The position numbers and the translations under genes are program-made. The notes under the pieces are model-generated. The model was not told the DNA's origin and made no database searches. It worked only from the letters and a program-made list of their open reading frames with translations. DNA of 63,955 nucleotides, the filler included, from Blastocystis sp. subtype 4 (taxonomy: Eukaryota): the NCBI RefSeq assembly GCF_000743755.1. It is 5 parts of 5 records of this genome, joined end to end, with 100 filler letters (N's around TTAATTAATTAA, not from the genome) between each part and the next. Parts side by side here need not be neighbours in the genome. Positions count along the whole stretch, not along the records: positions 13,956 to 27,799 come from NW_014569270.1; 4 more parts are not named here. One strand, 5' to 3'. This document shows, in pieces, positions 14,695 through 27,154 of the stretch; position 1 is the first letter of the stretch, and each line of letters begins with the position of its first letter.

Positions 14695-15145
14695 TCAGAT
14701 ATGAGATTCAGATTGTTCTGATGACATCAAACGAACAACGGCATCGAAATAGGATGTGAGTTGAGTATCATCAATAGCAACAATTGCAATAGCAATCATG
14801 TTACTTCCAGATTGAAGGAATGTCACTGGAGTGGTTACTGTTGAAGTCTGAATCTGTTTGCCTGGAAGAGTCACAACATAGTACTTCAAATCAGTATATG
14901 AATTGTCAACAGTGGATGAAGTGGACAAATCTCCAATCACTCCATTTCTCCATGCTTCATTTCCATTCAAATACACAATCACTCCATATCTGTATCAAAT
15001 CGAAACAATCAATCCAGACACTTCATTCAATGAGGCAATGTTGAATGTCTTCTTGTACAACTGAATACGATTTGTAGAATTAGGGAATGATCCTCTAGCA
15101 GCCTGAGACCAACCTGAAGTATCAGAATTATCCCAATTTGCATGT
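14695..15145 (-). pseudogene. Fragment of a large surface/secreted protein family with a galactose-binding-like beta-sandwich
   Basis: Reads GVIVYLNGNEAWRNG...LQSGSNMIAIAIV...FDA. No clear start, and the frame is stop-interrupted downstream. Confidence 0.5.
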
Positions 15146-15369
15146 TATGACTTACTAAACCCATCGACTCTGTCTTTTGATAGATGATTTTAGGAAAATA
15201 GATTGTTTGTTTGAGAAGTACATTTGAAAGAGATTACCGTATTCCCGTGGGTCAGAATCATTCCATTATATGTTGACAGATTCATTATATCTAATTTGAC
15301 AAGTCGAATTTGATTGAAAGGTCTTTTTACATTTCTTTTTTTATCTTTCTTGTTTCATTGTTGGTAAGA

Positions 15370-16945
15370 ATGGGTCAGGGTCGGAAGAAGTGTTTTCAAT
15401 CTGAAAGACGTACTAACCGACATCGATCTGTTCATTGTGAAGTAGAAAGTCCGGATACTACTGCCGCTGTGAGCGATTCTGGAATCGGTTCAGCAGATCA
15501 AACTGAGTCGATGCCATCAAGATATCATCAACGGAGTTTAACTCCGTTACCCACAATTCAGTGTCGTCCTCGACATGATTCTTTGGTGGATTATATGAAG
15601 CTGCCTACTATTCTCACAGGATCTCTTCCGACGAAACAAGTGATAATGGAATCTGTTGACCACGTGGCCACTATTCCACTGGTTTCTACAACTGTGATTC
15701 CGAAAATTCCCGCACCCAATTGTCTGGGCATTCCCACTGTATAATATATAGACAGTAGCGCAATGAACTGCGCCACTCTTCTTCTTCAGTCGATTTTCCC
15801 TAACAAAACAGTCTATATGAATGGAAAAAGCCATCCGCTTTCGGAATCACTACAAACAGAACTTCAATCGGTGATGATCGATTTGGTTGTACAGAATCAT
15901 ATAACTGATTTTCATATACTCACTTGTTATCGTATCCACTGATCATCCCGTTTGATGTAGATCGTCGCGACATTGTTCGAACACTGTTGTATTCGAAGAT
16001 TGACAGGGTCCTCTCAAGTTTGATTCATGGGTGTCGTTATGAGCATATCTATGGGATGTCTGCTCGATCTGCATTGATCATAGTCTTTCTTTGTTATTGC
16101 ATTGATTCTAGGGTATTTGCATTTGTCTTCCAGATGTAACGATCTCTGCTCATCGTGCTCTCTATGAAGCAGTTGTTGATTTCTATGAAGAAGAACGAAG
16201 GAATGGTGGTAATGAGGAAGATGACCTATACTTACCTGACTCTGACTATGGCCAGATCCATCGTTTGGTTGAGTTGTGGAATTGTTTTGTGAATGTTTGT
16301 TTTGGGGTGGAGATTGATTGACTAGTCATATTATGAACTGTATTCCAGTTATATGTATTCACAAAATGAGAATAGAGGTGCGGTGAAGGGAATGTCGGTT
16401 CAGTTGTTGAATTGTTGTCTGTTTGTGCTATTGCGTGTGTCGGGTGTTGTCAGTAAATACCGAACTCTGTTGGTACCAGGAATCCTAAAGATTTTCTATA
16501 TCGATTCATCAAGTGTGCATTCGTTTATGCATGCTGTAATATCGAAATGGCCAAATGGGTCATCTAAGAAGGTATACATTGAAAGTGATCCTGAGTTGAA
16601 GGCGATTGCTTTACTGGAACTGATCCACGATCTATTGATGCAATGCGATCTACTGACGGAACCTATGTGTTGTGAAGATGTCTCACGGTTGTTTTCGCTT
16701 CTGTGTAAATTGGTGAATGGTGATCAAGCTGAAGTGAGCCTTCAAGCACTTCAGATTTTTGATACAGATGTTATTTTGATGAATTATATTGTCCACGAAA
16801 ATCAACGATTACGAATGATTGAAGAGTGTCTTAATAAAAATCGTACTTGTATTATTCCAATCTTAGTGAAATAGAATTTCATTGGAACGAATCTATTCGA
16901 ATGATTGGTGAATCTCTCTTTGATCATCTACTAGATTATGTATAA
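15370..16945 (+). CDS. Divergent PP2A regulatory subunit B' (B56)-like protein
   Basis: C-terminal KWPNGSSKK..LLELIHDLL, LFSLLCKLV...AEVSLQAL and FHWN parallel the B56 motifs KYWP.TNS.KE, FQVAERAL and HWN. Confidence 0.6.
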
Positions 16946-16973
16946 TATTATTGGGTTTTGCGGTTAAACATGT

Positions 16974-18300
16974 TTATTTGTATGATTTCACTAATCGTTT
17001 GGCACGTTCTATCTCTTGCATGTACTTTCGATCTGTTCCCTTTTGTAATGCAGAAATGTACATATTAAAGGCAGTTTCATCGTATTCAATACCCTGCTTC
17101 GCCATTGTCTCCCAAATCTCCATTGCCTGCTCAGGAGAAGCCTTCTGTAATTCATTTCCATATTTCCACAACAAGCACTCCTACTGTTCACCCATCAATA
17201 TCACTCTTACTGGATTCGTTTCCCAAAAGGTCCGAACTTTCGACATTTCCCCTGGACGAAGCTAGTAATCACATGAATCCTACACACATACTGGGATCTG
17301 ATCATTCTCTGCCACAAACATGCCTTCACAGACACACCGATTCAATTCCTCCCAAGTATTGGGTTCTGAGATTTCACGAAGTCTTCCTGACTGAACTAAA
17401 CTATCCCATGCATTAAATGCATCGACTCCTGTATTACTATAGGGTTTTACGTTTTCCATAAATACGACGGATTTCGAATGAGCAAGATAAATACTCGACT
17501 CTAAGTCCTCTCCTACTCATGAGTCACTGCACTGATGGAAACTTGCTGTTTGAGGATATGAACCACTGTCTATATAGATCATATCAAATCGTTTTTGGCC
17601 CAGATAGGAAGCCAACAAAGCAATCGATTCACTCATCCCTCCTCCAATCAACATGAATCTCTTATGATACTTCTCACTGATAAATCTGCCACAACTCGTG
17701 ACATATCCATGTCGTAGTGGATCAAAAGCGACCACTTCTATATCTTCTCGAGCCATCAGAAATGTCTCTGTTGTATATCCTTTTGTTCAGTATACTTTCT
17801 AGTACATACCTGAGTTGAAGCCAATTACAGCAATCCTCTTGATGGTGCGATGTTGATCAAGATACTCGTGAAAGAATTCCACCATCATTGGAGTAATCTG
17901 AGGGCCAACAACGCGGATTTGCTTTCCTTTTGCAAAGTTTGCTGAAGGCAAGACTGTAGCGATTTCACGAATATCCTTCTTTGCCTTTTTCCATTCTGGC
18001 TTCACCTCATCTATCCTATGATTCTCTGAAACAACAAACTACCAAGAACAGGGTCTACAGAAGGCTTAGACGGCTTTCCTCGTTTTCGCTTCGCTTCGTT
18101 CTCGGTTTTTGTTATTTGGATTGCCTCTTCAGGAGATATAAAAGTCATCTCTGGCTCTTTGGGCTGCTTCTACGTCATCACCTTGAGTTCAGAAAACGGA
18201 CACGTTTCAAACCCAAAAGGAGATTCTTGGTTTTCTCTTCACTTGATACAGGATTTCCACTATTCATCCCAATTGTTCACTCCCCAGGGACTGAGAAAAT
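16974..18300 (-). CDS. Class I SAM-dependent methyltransferase-like domain with a C-terminal PPR motif (start uncertain)
   Basis: IAVIGFNSG..FL..VVAFD..H.Y..FISEKY..RF.LIGG..FDMIYIDSGSY, then a PPR-like EQAMEIWETMAKQGIEYDETAFNMYISAL. Confidence 0.6.
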
Positions 18301-18476
18301 AGCATTTCCATTTGTTCAGATAATTGTTACTCTTTTGGGACTCTCGAAAATGAACCAGATTCCTTCATTGCGGAAATAGAGCCAATTCTATGATCATTTC
18401 TCAATACATTATACGCATTTGTTTACAATAATTACCGTATGTGTGCATGAAGCAATGAATTATACGTAGAACAGAT

Positions 18477-21441
18477 ATGTCATTCTTCAAGAAGATCAAT
18501 CTATCCCTCGGTAAGAAGAAGGATGATGAATACGAAGAGGAAGTTCCCGAAGGAGAAGAAGGAGAAGAAATAGCTGATGATCAAGAAGAGGAGGAGGAAG
18601 AACCCGAAGAGGAGCCAGAGGAAGAAGAGGAGGAACCTGAGGAAGAGGAGGAGGAACCCGAAGAAGACGAACCTGAAGTAGATGAGGAGAAGGTGGAAGC
18701 ATTGAAAGCCAAAGCCAAGGTGGCAATGGATGTGGGTTTTAATTGTGTAGTTGGAAAAGACACTTGAGATGAAAACGAAGAAAGAAGAGGAAATGAAAGA
18801 GTGTTGGTGATCAGTATTTGGCGTGACTTATAGATATGAAGTCATTGAAGGCGTTTGCAAAAACAAAAGTAGAAGAGGCTCAAAAGATGGTGAAGGACCT
18901 TAGGGGTGAGGTAAACTATGGTGAGTGAGCTTGAGCGGTAGAAGGAAGCAGTTGAGAAGGAATTGGCTAATGTAAAGAAGCAGTTAAAGGAGGCGCAAGA
19001 ATCTGTGTCGTCTGCAAATCCTGAAGAGATTGCAGAATTGAATGGTCAGATTTCTGTTATGCAAGAAGTGATCGATTCCAATGAAGTGGAACTGAAAGAA
19101 GTAAAGAAAGAATTGGAGTCAGTGAAGACATTGGTATCAGAGAAAGAGAATGAGGTGGAGATGATGAAATCGACTATGAGCGGTAAAGTGAGTGAATTGG
19201 AAGAGAAGAAGGAAGTGTTGCAAGCAAAGGTAGAAGAGTTGGAAAGTGTGGTGGTTGATAAGGAGAAGCAAATAAAGGAATTGGAGAGTACGGTGCAACG
19301 AATTGAGAAGGAGATGAATGGTGTGAAAGAGACATTGAGTAGAGCTGTGGAAATGGAGAGACGAGTAAGAGTGGAAAAGGAAAATATGGAGAAGCAGATT
19401 AAGGATTTTGAAATGGCTTTGAATGGTGCTATGGAGAGTAGTATGGAAGAGAAGAAGAAACTGGAAGATCGAGTGAGTGAGCTGGAAGGAGAACTGGCTT
19501 CTTCTGAAGGCAAGACAAAGGAATTAACGGATCGAGTGGAGGCAGAGAAGAAGGAGTTGGAAATGAGACTGAGTACAATGGAGGCAGAGAAGGAGGAATT
19601 GATACTGGCTAAGAAGACGGAGTTGGAAGAGGCGGAGAAGAAGATTGAGGCCGCTGAGAAGAAGGTCGAAGAGGTGGAAAAGACAAAGGAGGAGATTGAG
19701 AAGAAGTTCATGGAGGCTGAAGAGAAGGCTGCCGAGACTGAGAAGAAGGTAGCAGATCTTGAGACTGCAATGAATCAGTCTGGAGCTACTGCAGAGAAGG
19801 CGAAAGAAGAGGCTGAGAAGAAGGCGATGGAGGCTGAAGAAAGGGCTGCTGAAATAGAGAAGAAAGCCGAAATAGCTGAAAAGGCAAAAGAGGAAGCTGA
19901 GAAGAAGGCCGCGGTTGCCGAAAACGCAAAAGAGGAAGCAGAGAAGAAGGTAAAGGACGCTGAAGATAGGGTTGCTGAAGCTGAGAAGAAGGCAAAGGAT
20001 GCTGAAGAGAAGGCTGCTGAGGTAGAGAAGAAGATAAAGGAAGCCGAAGAGAAGGCTGCTGAAGCTGAGAAGATGGTAAAGGACGCTGAAGAGAAAGTTG
20101 CTGAGGTAGAGAAGAAGGCTGCTGAGGCTGAAGAGATGGCAAAGAAGGAGGCAGAGAAGAAGCTTGAGGAGGCCGAAGAACAAGTGAAGAAAGTAAATGC
20201 GAGAGTGAGCGAACTGGAGACAGAATTGAGTGGAGCCCATAGCAATGAACAGACCCTGAAGGAGAAGGTTGCTGAGGCGGAGAAGAAGGCTGAAGAGATG
20301 GTTGAGGCTGCTGAAAAGAAGACAAGAGAATTGGAGAAGACATTGACAGAGGAGCGAGAGAACGCTTTGAAATCAGGTGATGAGCAGACTGCCGCATTAC
20401 GAGCCCAGTTCGAGGCTGCTGAGAAGAAGGCTGAAACGGCTGAAAAAGCAAAGGAAGAGGCTGAGAAAAAGGCGAAGGAAGCTGAAGAGAAGATATCTGA
20501 AGCAGAGGAGAAGGCTGCGGTTGCCGAAAAGGCAAAGGAAGAGGCTGAGGAGAAGATCGAGACTGTGGAGAAGAAGGTAAAGGAAGCTGAAGAGAAAGTT
20601 GCTGAGGCGGAGAAGAAGGCTGAAGAGATGATTGAGGAGGCAAAGAAGAATGCTGAAGAGAAGATCAATATTGCTTTAGCAGAGAAGGAGAAGGCAGAAG
20701 AGCAAATGAAGGAATTAGAAGCTAAGATAGCCTCCCTGGAGACTACTTCACAATCAAGTCATGAAGAAGCAGGAACTAGAATAACAGAATTGGAATCAGC
20801 TAAGATTGAAGCAGAAGAAAGAATGAAGCAGGCTGAAGCTAAGGCTACAGAGGCTGAGAAGAAGGCAGAAGATGCTGAAGAGAAGCTGACTGAAGCAGAA
20901 AAGAAGATAAAGCATGCCGAGAAGAAGGCTGCAGAGGCTGAGAAGAAGATAGAAGAGGCTGAAGAGAAGGCTACGGAAGCTGAGAAGAAGGTAGAAGAGG
21001 CTGAAGAGAAATTAACATCCGTGAACAAACAATTGAAGAAGGCTATGAAAGAGAATCAGAAACAGGAAGAATTAATGTCTGAGAAAGAAGGAGAATTGAA
21101 ACAACAGAAAGATCGAATTGCAGAGTTAGAGGCAAAGATCAGCAATTTGGAGAAAGCTAAAAAGACAGAAGAATCGGATTCAAGTGAAGAAAAGCCAAAG
21201 AAGAAGTCGAAGAAGGAAGTGTCTTCTGATTCTAGTTCTGATGACTCAAGTGAAGAGGAGAAGCCGAAGAAGAAGTCAAAGAAGGACGTGTCTTCTGATT
21301 CAAGCTCTGATGACTCGAGTGAAGAGGAGAAGCCAAAGAAGAAATCAAAGAAATCTTCAAAGCCAGCAAAACGAGGTTTACTTAAGAAGGCCAAGAAGGT
21401 GGCTTCATCCTCTTCTGAGTCTTCTTCTGATTCTAGCGATT
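18477..21441 (+). CDS. Large E/K/A-rich coiled-coil protein with an acidic N-terminus and S/K-rich tail
   Basis: Exon 1 at 18477 and an 851-codon final ORF of AEEK heptads. The likely end is T21441 by poly(A) completion; the genomic stop would be 21518. Confidence 0.8.
19620..21010 (+). repeat. Degenerate 21-nt heptad coding repeats (AEEKAAE / AEKKVKE)
   Basis: Dozens of gctgaagagaag / gctgagaagaag units. Confidence 0.85.
21176..21355 (+). repeat. 69-nt tandem coding repeat SSDSSSDDSSEEEKPKKKSKK(E/D)V, about 2.6 copies
   Basis: Visible in both DNA and translation. Confidence 0.85.
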
Positions 21442-21468
21442 ACTCTGTTTCGTTTCAACAAACACACA

Positions 21469-22080
21469 AAGAAAAAGGAAACAGGAGACATTCTCGTTTC
21501 AGAATATCCATCCAATGAAGATACTCCTCATTAGCATCTTCACAGATACGTATTGCCGTAACTTTTAACTTTCTTCACATGAATTTATTTTTCAATACAT
21601 ACGCTGCACACAAATCACCTTCACCATCGATTGTCTGTGCCATTTGAGAAAAGGGACAGTACTCAACAACTCCCGTAAAGCGAACACACTTGTTGAGAAA
21701 AGACAACTGACGTGGTAAAATGCTCAAAGATTCATACATTCTCAACTGACTCAGATTGCAACATAACTTTGGACCGGATCCGACATTCAAGAAGTCCTGT
21801 TCCATCATCTACAATGACGAATTCTAAACATCATCGGCATTCAACTTCCTCACTATCCTGTTCTCGAGTTAATTCACGAACAACAATACCCAAAATCTCG
21901 ATATAATTCAAATGCTTCCCCTTATAAACAAGATATTGAGGAAAATTCGAATCACGACACGAATGCAAGATATGCCGGATGAATAGTTTGGTAGTAGTCT
22001 GGATATCACAATAATAAAAGAAAGAGGACAGTGAATGAGATCTCACGTCCCCAAGGAACCCGAATGATCTTCTTCTCCAT
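21469..22080 (-). CDS. STN1: STN1-like single OB-fold protein (CST complex); stop predicted by poly(A)
   Basis: PWG....TTKLFIRHIL, IEILGIVV, VDDGTGLLECR, VRFTG and EDANEEYLHW match the STN1 N-terminal OB fold. Confidence 0.65.
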
Positions 22081-22225
22081 TCACAACTTTACAAGCAGTG
22101 ACAACGTCAATAGCTCTACCTAGTCGATTAATCAAAATGGAGAAACAATCATCAAACCTTGATTTAATAGAAATAACTGGTCATACAAAGAATCTATGTA
22201 TCATAATCATTGTTATTGTTAGACT

Positions 22226-23472
22226 ATGGAGGTTTGCAACCTTCTGGATGACTCTCCATCTCTTTGTTGCGCTTCAGGTAACTCGTTTTTGGAAATGGAC
22301 GTTGCCGATCTTCTTTCTCCGTATGGCCCCGAAAAGGAAATGGATTCTATTGGAACTTTTTCATCTGTTCCAATAGCATGTAGTTTCAACTCAGTTGCGC
22401 TCCCTTGTGAGTTTTCATGCAAGGAGGTTCTTACACCTCCTCAATTGTCCCTTGCGCCATGTAACAGTAGTTCATCTTCTTCTTCTACGTATCCTTTGAA
22501 ACTAGTGTGAAATGTGTAGACAAGAGTCCTCATTGTCAGATGAAGAAGTTCAAATGTCACCTCGCCTAAGACGAAGTAGTAGGTCTTGATTAGTTGTTTC
22601 AGTTTAGTTAAACATAGTATTTCGGAAAAGAGACGAGTGATTCGTTTCAATACTTGTATTGATGAATTTATTTCCATGCTGAGTGTAGTTCCTCTTCTTT
22701 ATATTTACATTTAGGCGAATGGCGTTTCGGTGCGAAAGAACAAACTTCAAGTTCTTGAAGAAACTGTTCGTACAATGCGAATGATCCAAAATCAAATCTC
22801 CGAAATGAAACGCAAACTCGAAAGTAAAAAAGCTTCCAAGGTTGCCATTCCTCGTATTCTCCCCACCCCTGATCAACAAGAGTACTATCACTTTTTTCAC
22901 AATTTGACAGTTCCTTGTATCGTTGTGTCCTTAGCAGGATTGATTCTGGATGTCAATCGATCCTTTTGTGATGCTGTTTCGAAGGAGAAATCTTCTCTTC
23001 TAAGCCGTTCCATATTCTCCGTTATGCCTTCCTCTTCTCTTCCTCTTCTCTACACGTATATGATGATTGATTCAATCAATGTTAGTTCTTTCAGTTCTCT
23101 TCTTGCGCGTAATCCTCCAGTCAATGAGAGAGAGGCTATTCAACTGTTCTGGAACCAGGGCCAGTTACAGCCTCATTCCATTTCTGTGTCTCTTCATATC
23201 TCTGACGCCACTGTCTTTGTTCTCTCATTTACTCCACTGATTCATTGTCAGGAACCATGTGAAGTTCATTCATTTGATATGAAGTAAGTGTTGATTAATG
23301 TTTCAGATGTAGTGATCTCGCCTCATTAAGTTTTCAGTTATCTTCTGGTGAGACGTACTGTGTGGTACATCCTAATCATGCTGTGGAATCATGTTCTCAG
23401 ACTTGCGCTGTATCTTCTGAGATGACGCCAATAAAACTGAATTTAGAATCACCAAAGAACAGTTTCTTTTAA
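22226..23472 (+). CDS. bHLH-PAS transcription factor
   Basis: bHLH: HSISEKRRVIRFNTCIDEF...KNKLQVLEETV. PAS: FFHNLTVPCIVVSLAGLILDVNRSFC...LLSRSIF. TAA is at 23470-23472. Confidence 0.75.
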
Positions 23473-23552
23473 GTGTTGATCCGTAATCAGTTGTAGTTTG
23501 TTTGTGAAAGTAATGATTCATTTCCTAAGAATGGTAATTAAACAAACAGGAA

Positions 23553-26118
23553 CATAAATCGGGAAATGGAACAGGGACATCCAATGTAGCTCTATTGTTC
23601 ATTCATACTCATAACTCCAACCTGAACTTACCACAATTATTCACTTGTTCATTCTCCATTCGAAATATATTCCAAATACCTCTTCGTATAACTTCAACAC
23701 ACCCAGCAATTAACCATACCCAATCTTTCTTCATGGAAGATAACTAACAATTACCATTGCTAATAGATCTTACAAGAGTGAGTTTTAATACCCAAAAGAA
23801 ACGTAAGATACAATTGTTAACAATAGCAAGATAATACTTCCATGCATCCGAGAGTAAACATGGTGTTCGTACTGTTGTACTGCGAAGAAGAAACCATTTT
23901 CCATGCTTGAAGTTATGAAGAAGACCTGAGGATAAGATTGAACAACATATTCACGTACCCCAATCTTCTCGCAAATCCCAATTCAATGCATAACCCGTAT
24001 AGACAATCATTATGATTACATAAACGGGAGTACTCCAGATGAAACACATGGCTGTGATTGATAACAAGTACTTAATACCATTATACAAATGAGGATGATA
24101 ATCACTGATATTATGACATGAAACAAACTCTTACTGTGTATCCACAAATCGTCTCAAACATTGTACAAATCGAATGAGTGTCGGCAACAAATTTGGTAAG
24201 AATTGGAGCAATTGCTGTGTGGATTGACTAAATTGCGAATAACAATCGACATATTTAAGAAAGGAACCTATGGAAATCAATATTAAACAGAATCCAAACA
24301 GGAACACAAATTAAACATTAAGTGAACAAAATCAATCAGAGTTTGATTATGGGATGTCATCTTATAATTACTATATCTATTCTAGTCTACTTGATCTCCT
24401 ATAAAGAAATCAGGAAAATGAACTTCATAAAATGGAACAGCCACAATGCGCAAAGTGTGGATAAACATGTATTCTCTAGCTTTGAAGTACTACATTCAAA
24501 TCATAAGAAGCATTAGTACCAATCCTGGAATAGGAAAAGCGAAAAAACAAAACAAGAGTAAGAGAACGGGAGTTATAACCCAGTACCAAACTCGAGGTAG
24601 AATTAACTACCTTGAATAGAGAAAAATATACCTACAAGAACAAACGAACAATAGTACCAAATAAACACAATAAATAGCAATAGAAAGGTAAACACTATGT
24701 ACTTACAAGAAATCCACTTACATACAAGAAGCCATTAACAATTGTTGTTGATAGTGAAGGAGGCTGGGAGAATAATCTTCAAAAATAAATTCAAAATTAA
24801 TCCGATTGTTATGGTAAACATACAGATCCAAACCCCACATCCTAGACATGAATCTCTTCTAATCATTCTCTACCACTGCTGAATAGCAAACATGATAACA
24901 AAGCGCCATAATACCCAAAATGAATCGATTTCATCAGAATCCAATTGGGTGATGGGATTCTGAACAATGATCGTCAACAATATGAATGTTAACACAATGG
25001 ACGCACCAACCTTAATATCACTTCACACAACCAATCATACAAACAAGCCAATCCAGAAGAAGTGAATCGATGTGGAACTTTTCGCTGTTCCTTTCAGTAC
25101 ATTCATTGAATGATCATTACCAACAAACTATTCATGATTCATCCATGGATGCCAATCTACCTGCTTCCACAGAGATTCAATACGATCCTTCAAAAACAAT
25201 GCACCTTCTTCCTTGTAAAAACGTAATTCTGATACGGATTTGATGATGGTCGCACGACTTTCACAATTACTTCGTTTATCATGTTTCTTCAGAATCTTAT
25301 CAATTGCTGTTCGGTTCAGTGAACAGTAGTTGTGTAAACATTCAATCATTCGATACAATTCTTTCAATCCGAATTGTAATTGACGATATTTCTGACTGTT
25401 GGTAGAAATCTCTCCAGTTTGGGACCGTAAATCGCAATAATGATCTACTTGCTTGCAATATCCATTGAACTTCTCAATTCCTTCTTCAAGAGTGCTCACA
25501 TACATCTGGTTCACCATTTCAATTTCAGCATACAATTTCTGAAAAAATGTTTGCTCTTTCTTTGGAACACACTTTCATTGATCTATCTATTCATTCCTAC
25601 CTCTGGTAAGACCCATTGACAACTTAACTTGCCACCCGTATCTTCCCACTGACTCTATCCATGAATTTTACACCAATATATCTACAAAAGTTCGCTTTGC
25701 TCGAATCTTCAGGCTCTCATTCAAGTGATCTACCGAAGCTGCCGAATAGGTGTGGTCATAGTCTAATAGATCATACATTCTTTGTTTCTAAAATACCTTC
25801 AGAATCTCCCCGAACTTGTCGTCCTGTAAGATCAACCATTCCAACAGTTGATGAGTTGTCAACTTCACGGAAACTATTCTTTGGTTGCTCCACAGAATGA
25901 AGGGTCACTGCAAAGGATGGAGTAGGAGACATTTCAATATCCACAGGTTCTATCAATTTACGTATTGCGTCATAATTACGATTCTCTGGACATGCATTCA
26001 GAATCTTCTTTAACCCTTTATAGTCAATGTACTATCTATTCTTCTTCTACTCTATTCCTACTTTATCTCTCCATTCGGGAACAATATTGTGTTTAAGATA
26101 TTGCCCGAACTTCGTCAT
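23553..26118 (-). CDS. XPR1: SPX-EXS phosphate exporter (XPR1/PHO1/SYG1 family); stop predicted by poly(A)
   Basis: Motifs MTKFGQYL...[40 protein letters not shown] and [26 protein letters not shown]. Confidence 0.92.
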
Positions 26119-26195
26119 CTTTGGAGAAAACTGGGATAAAAGTAAGGCGATAGAAACGGTTATCTCATTATACAATCGGAGTTCAACAAACATGA

Positions 26196-27154
26196 TTAAT
26201 CCATCTTGACTCTAAAATACTTGTTGGTATTATCTTCATTTACAAGCAACGTTCTTTTCAACTCAGGTCTTCGAGATGTTCTTTGGATTTCTCTCTTTTC
26301 TCCAATCCATCGCCAATACACTTCCAGTTGATCATGAATCAATCGGTCCATCACAACAATATTCTTACTCTTCTTTTCAAGGAATACCACCTATGGTCCA
26401 ATAATCTTCGATTTCCTACTGGTTTCCACAACAGATAGGAGAGAGGAATGAAACTGCTCGAACGAATCACAGTTCTCTTGATATCACTCAATCGAACATA
26501 TTTGTCATCTTGAAGCAGATGTTCAATTAGAATGTTCTCAATCTCCACTTTCATGTCCCTAATCTATCTATCATCATCCCCACTCAAACACACTTCATTG
26601 AATGAAATGTAAGCAAAGATACAAGTCAATACAATCATAATACTCTTTATCAACTGTTTCAAATATCCATCAATCACATCACGATTCTCATCCAAGGTTC
26701 GTCGTAGTTGACAATAATAGCCGATGGTGGGAGTATCTTTCTGGATGAAGTATTCATCCATAAGAGGAGAAACGACGACATCTCGATCACGATCAGAACA
26801 AGTAGACACTTCCACCACCAAATCCTTTTCAGTGATCTCAGAGAGATGCTTTTCCACTTCCACTGCATTGTGGAAGCGATAACAAGGAAGAGAGGAGAGG
26901 ATTTCCATAAAAACTGCATAATCGGGTGAAGAAGATGTTGAAGGATTGCTCATATTAAATCTATAGGATTAACAAAAACGAAATACCAATACTTGAGATA
27001 GTCCTCCAATTCGCTTCTTGATACATAGGGAAATACACTACCATTCGAAGTATAATTCTCGCATAGATAATCCCCCATACGTTTACTAGACGTAAACATC
27101 CGGTTATAAAGCCTACTTCAACAATTCATTGATCGTATTTCTCATAATTTCCAT
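26196..27154 (-). CDS. Hypothetical protein, multi-exon
   Basis: Chain of ORFs joined by ~30-nt GT-AG introns. TAA is at 26198-26196 with TGTTTGTT at 26192-26185. Confidence 0.6.

Noticed and set aside
19046..21394. Long antisense Ser/Phe/Ala- or Leu/Pro/Gln-rich ORFs
   Set aside because: These are shadows of the E/K/A heptad repeat on the opposite strand.
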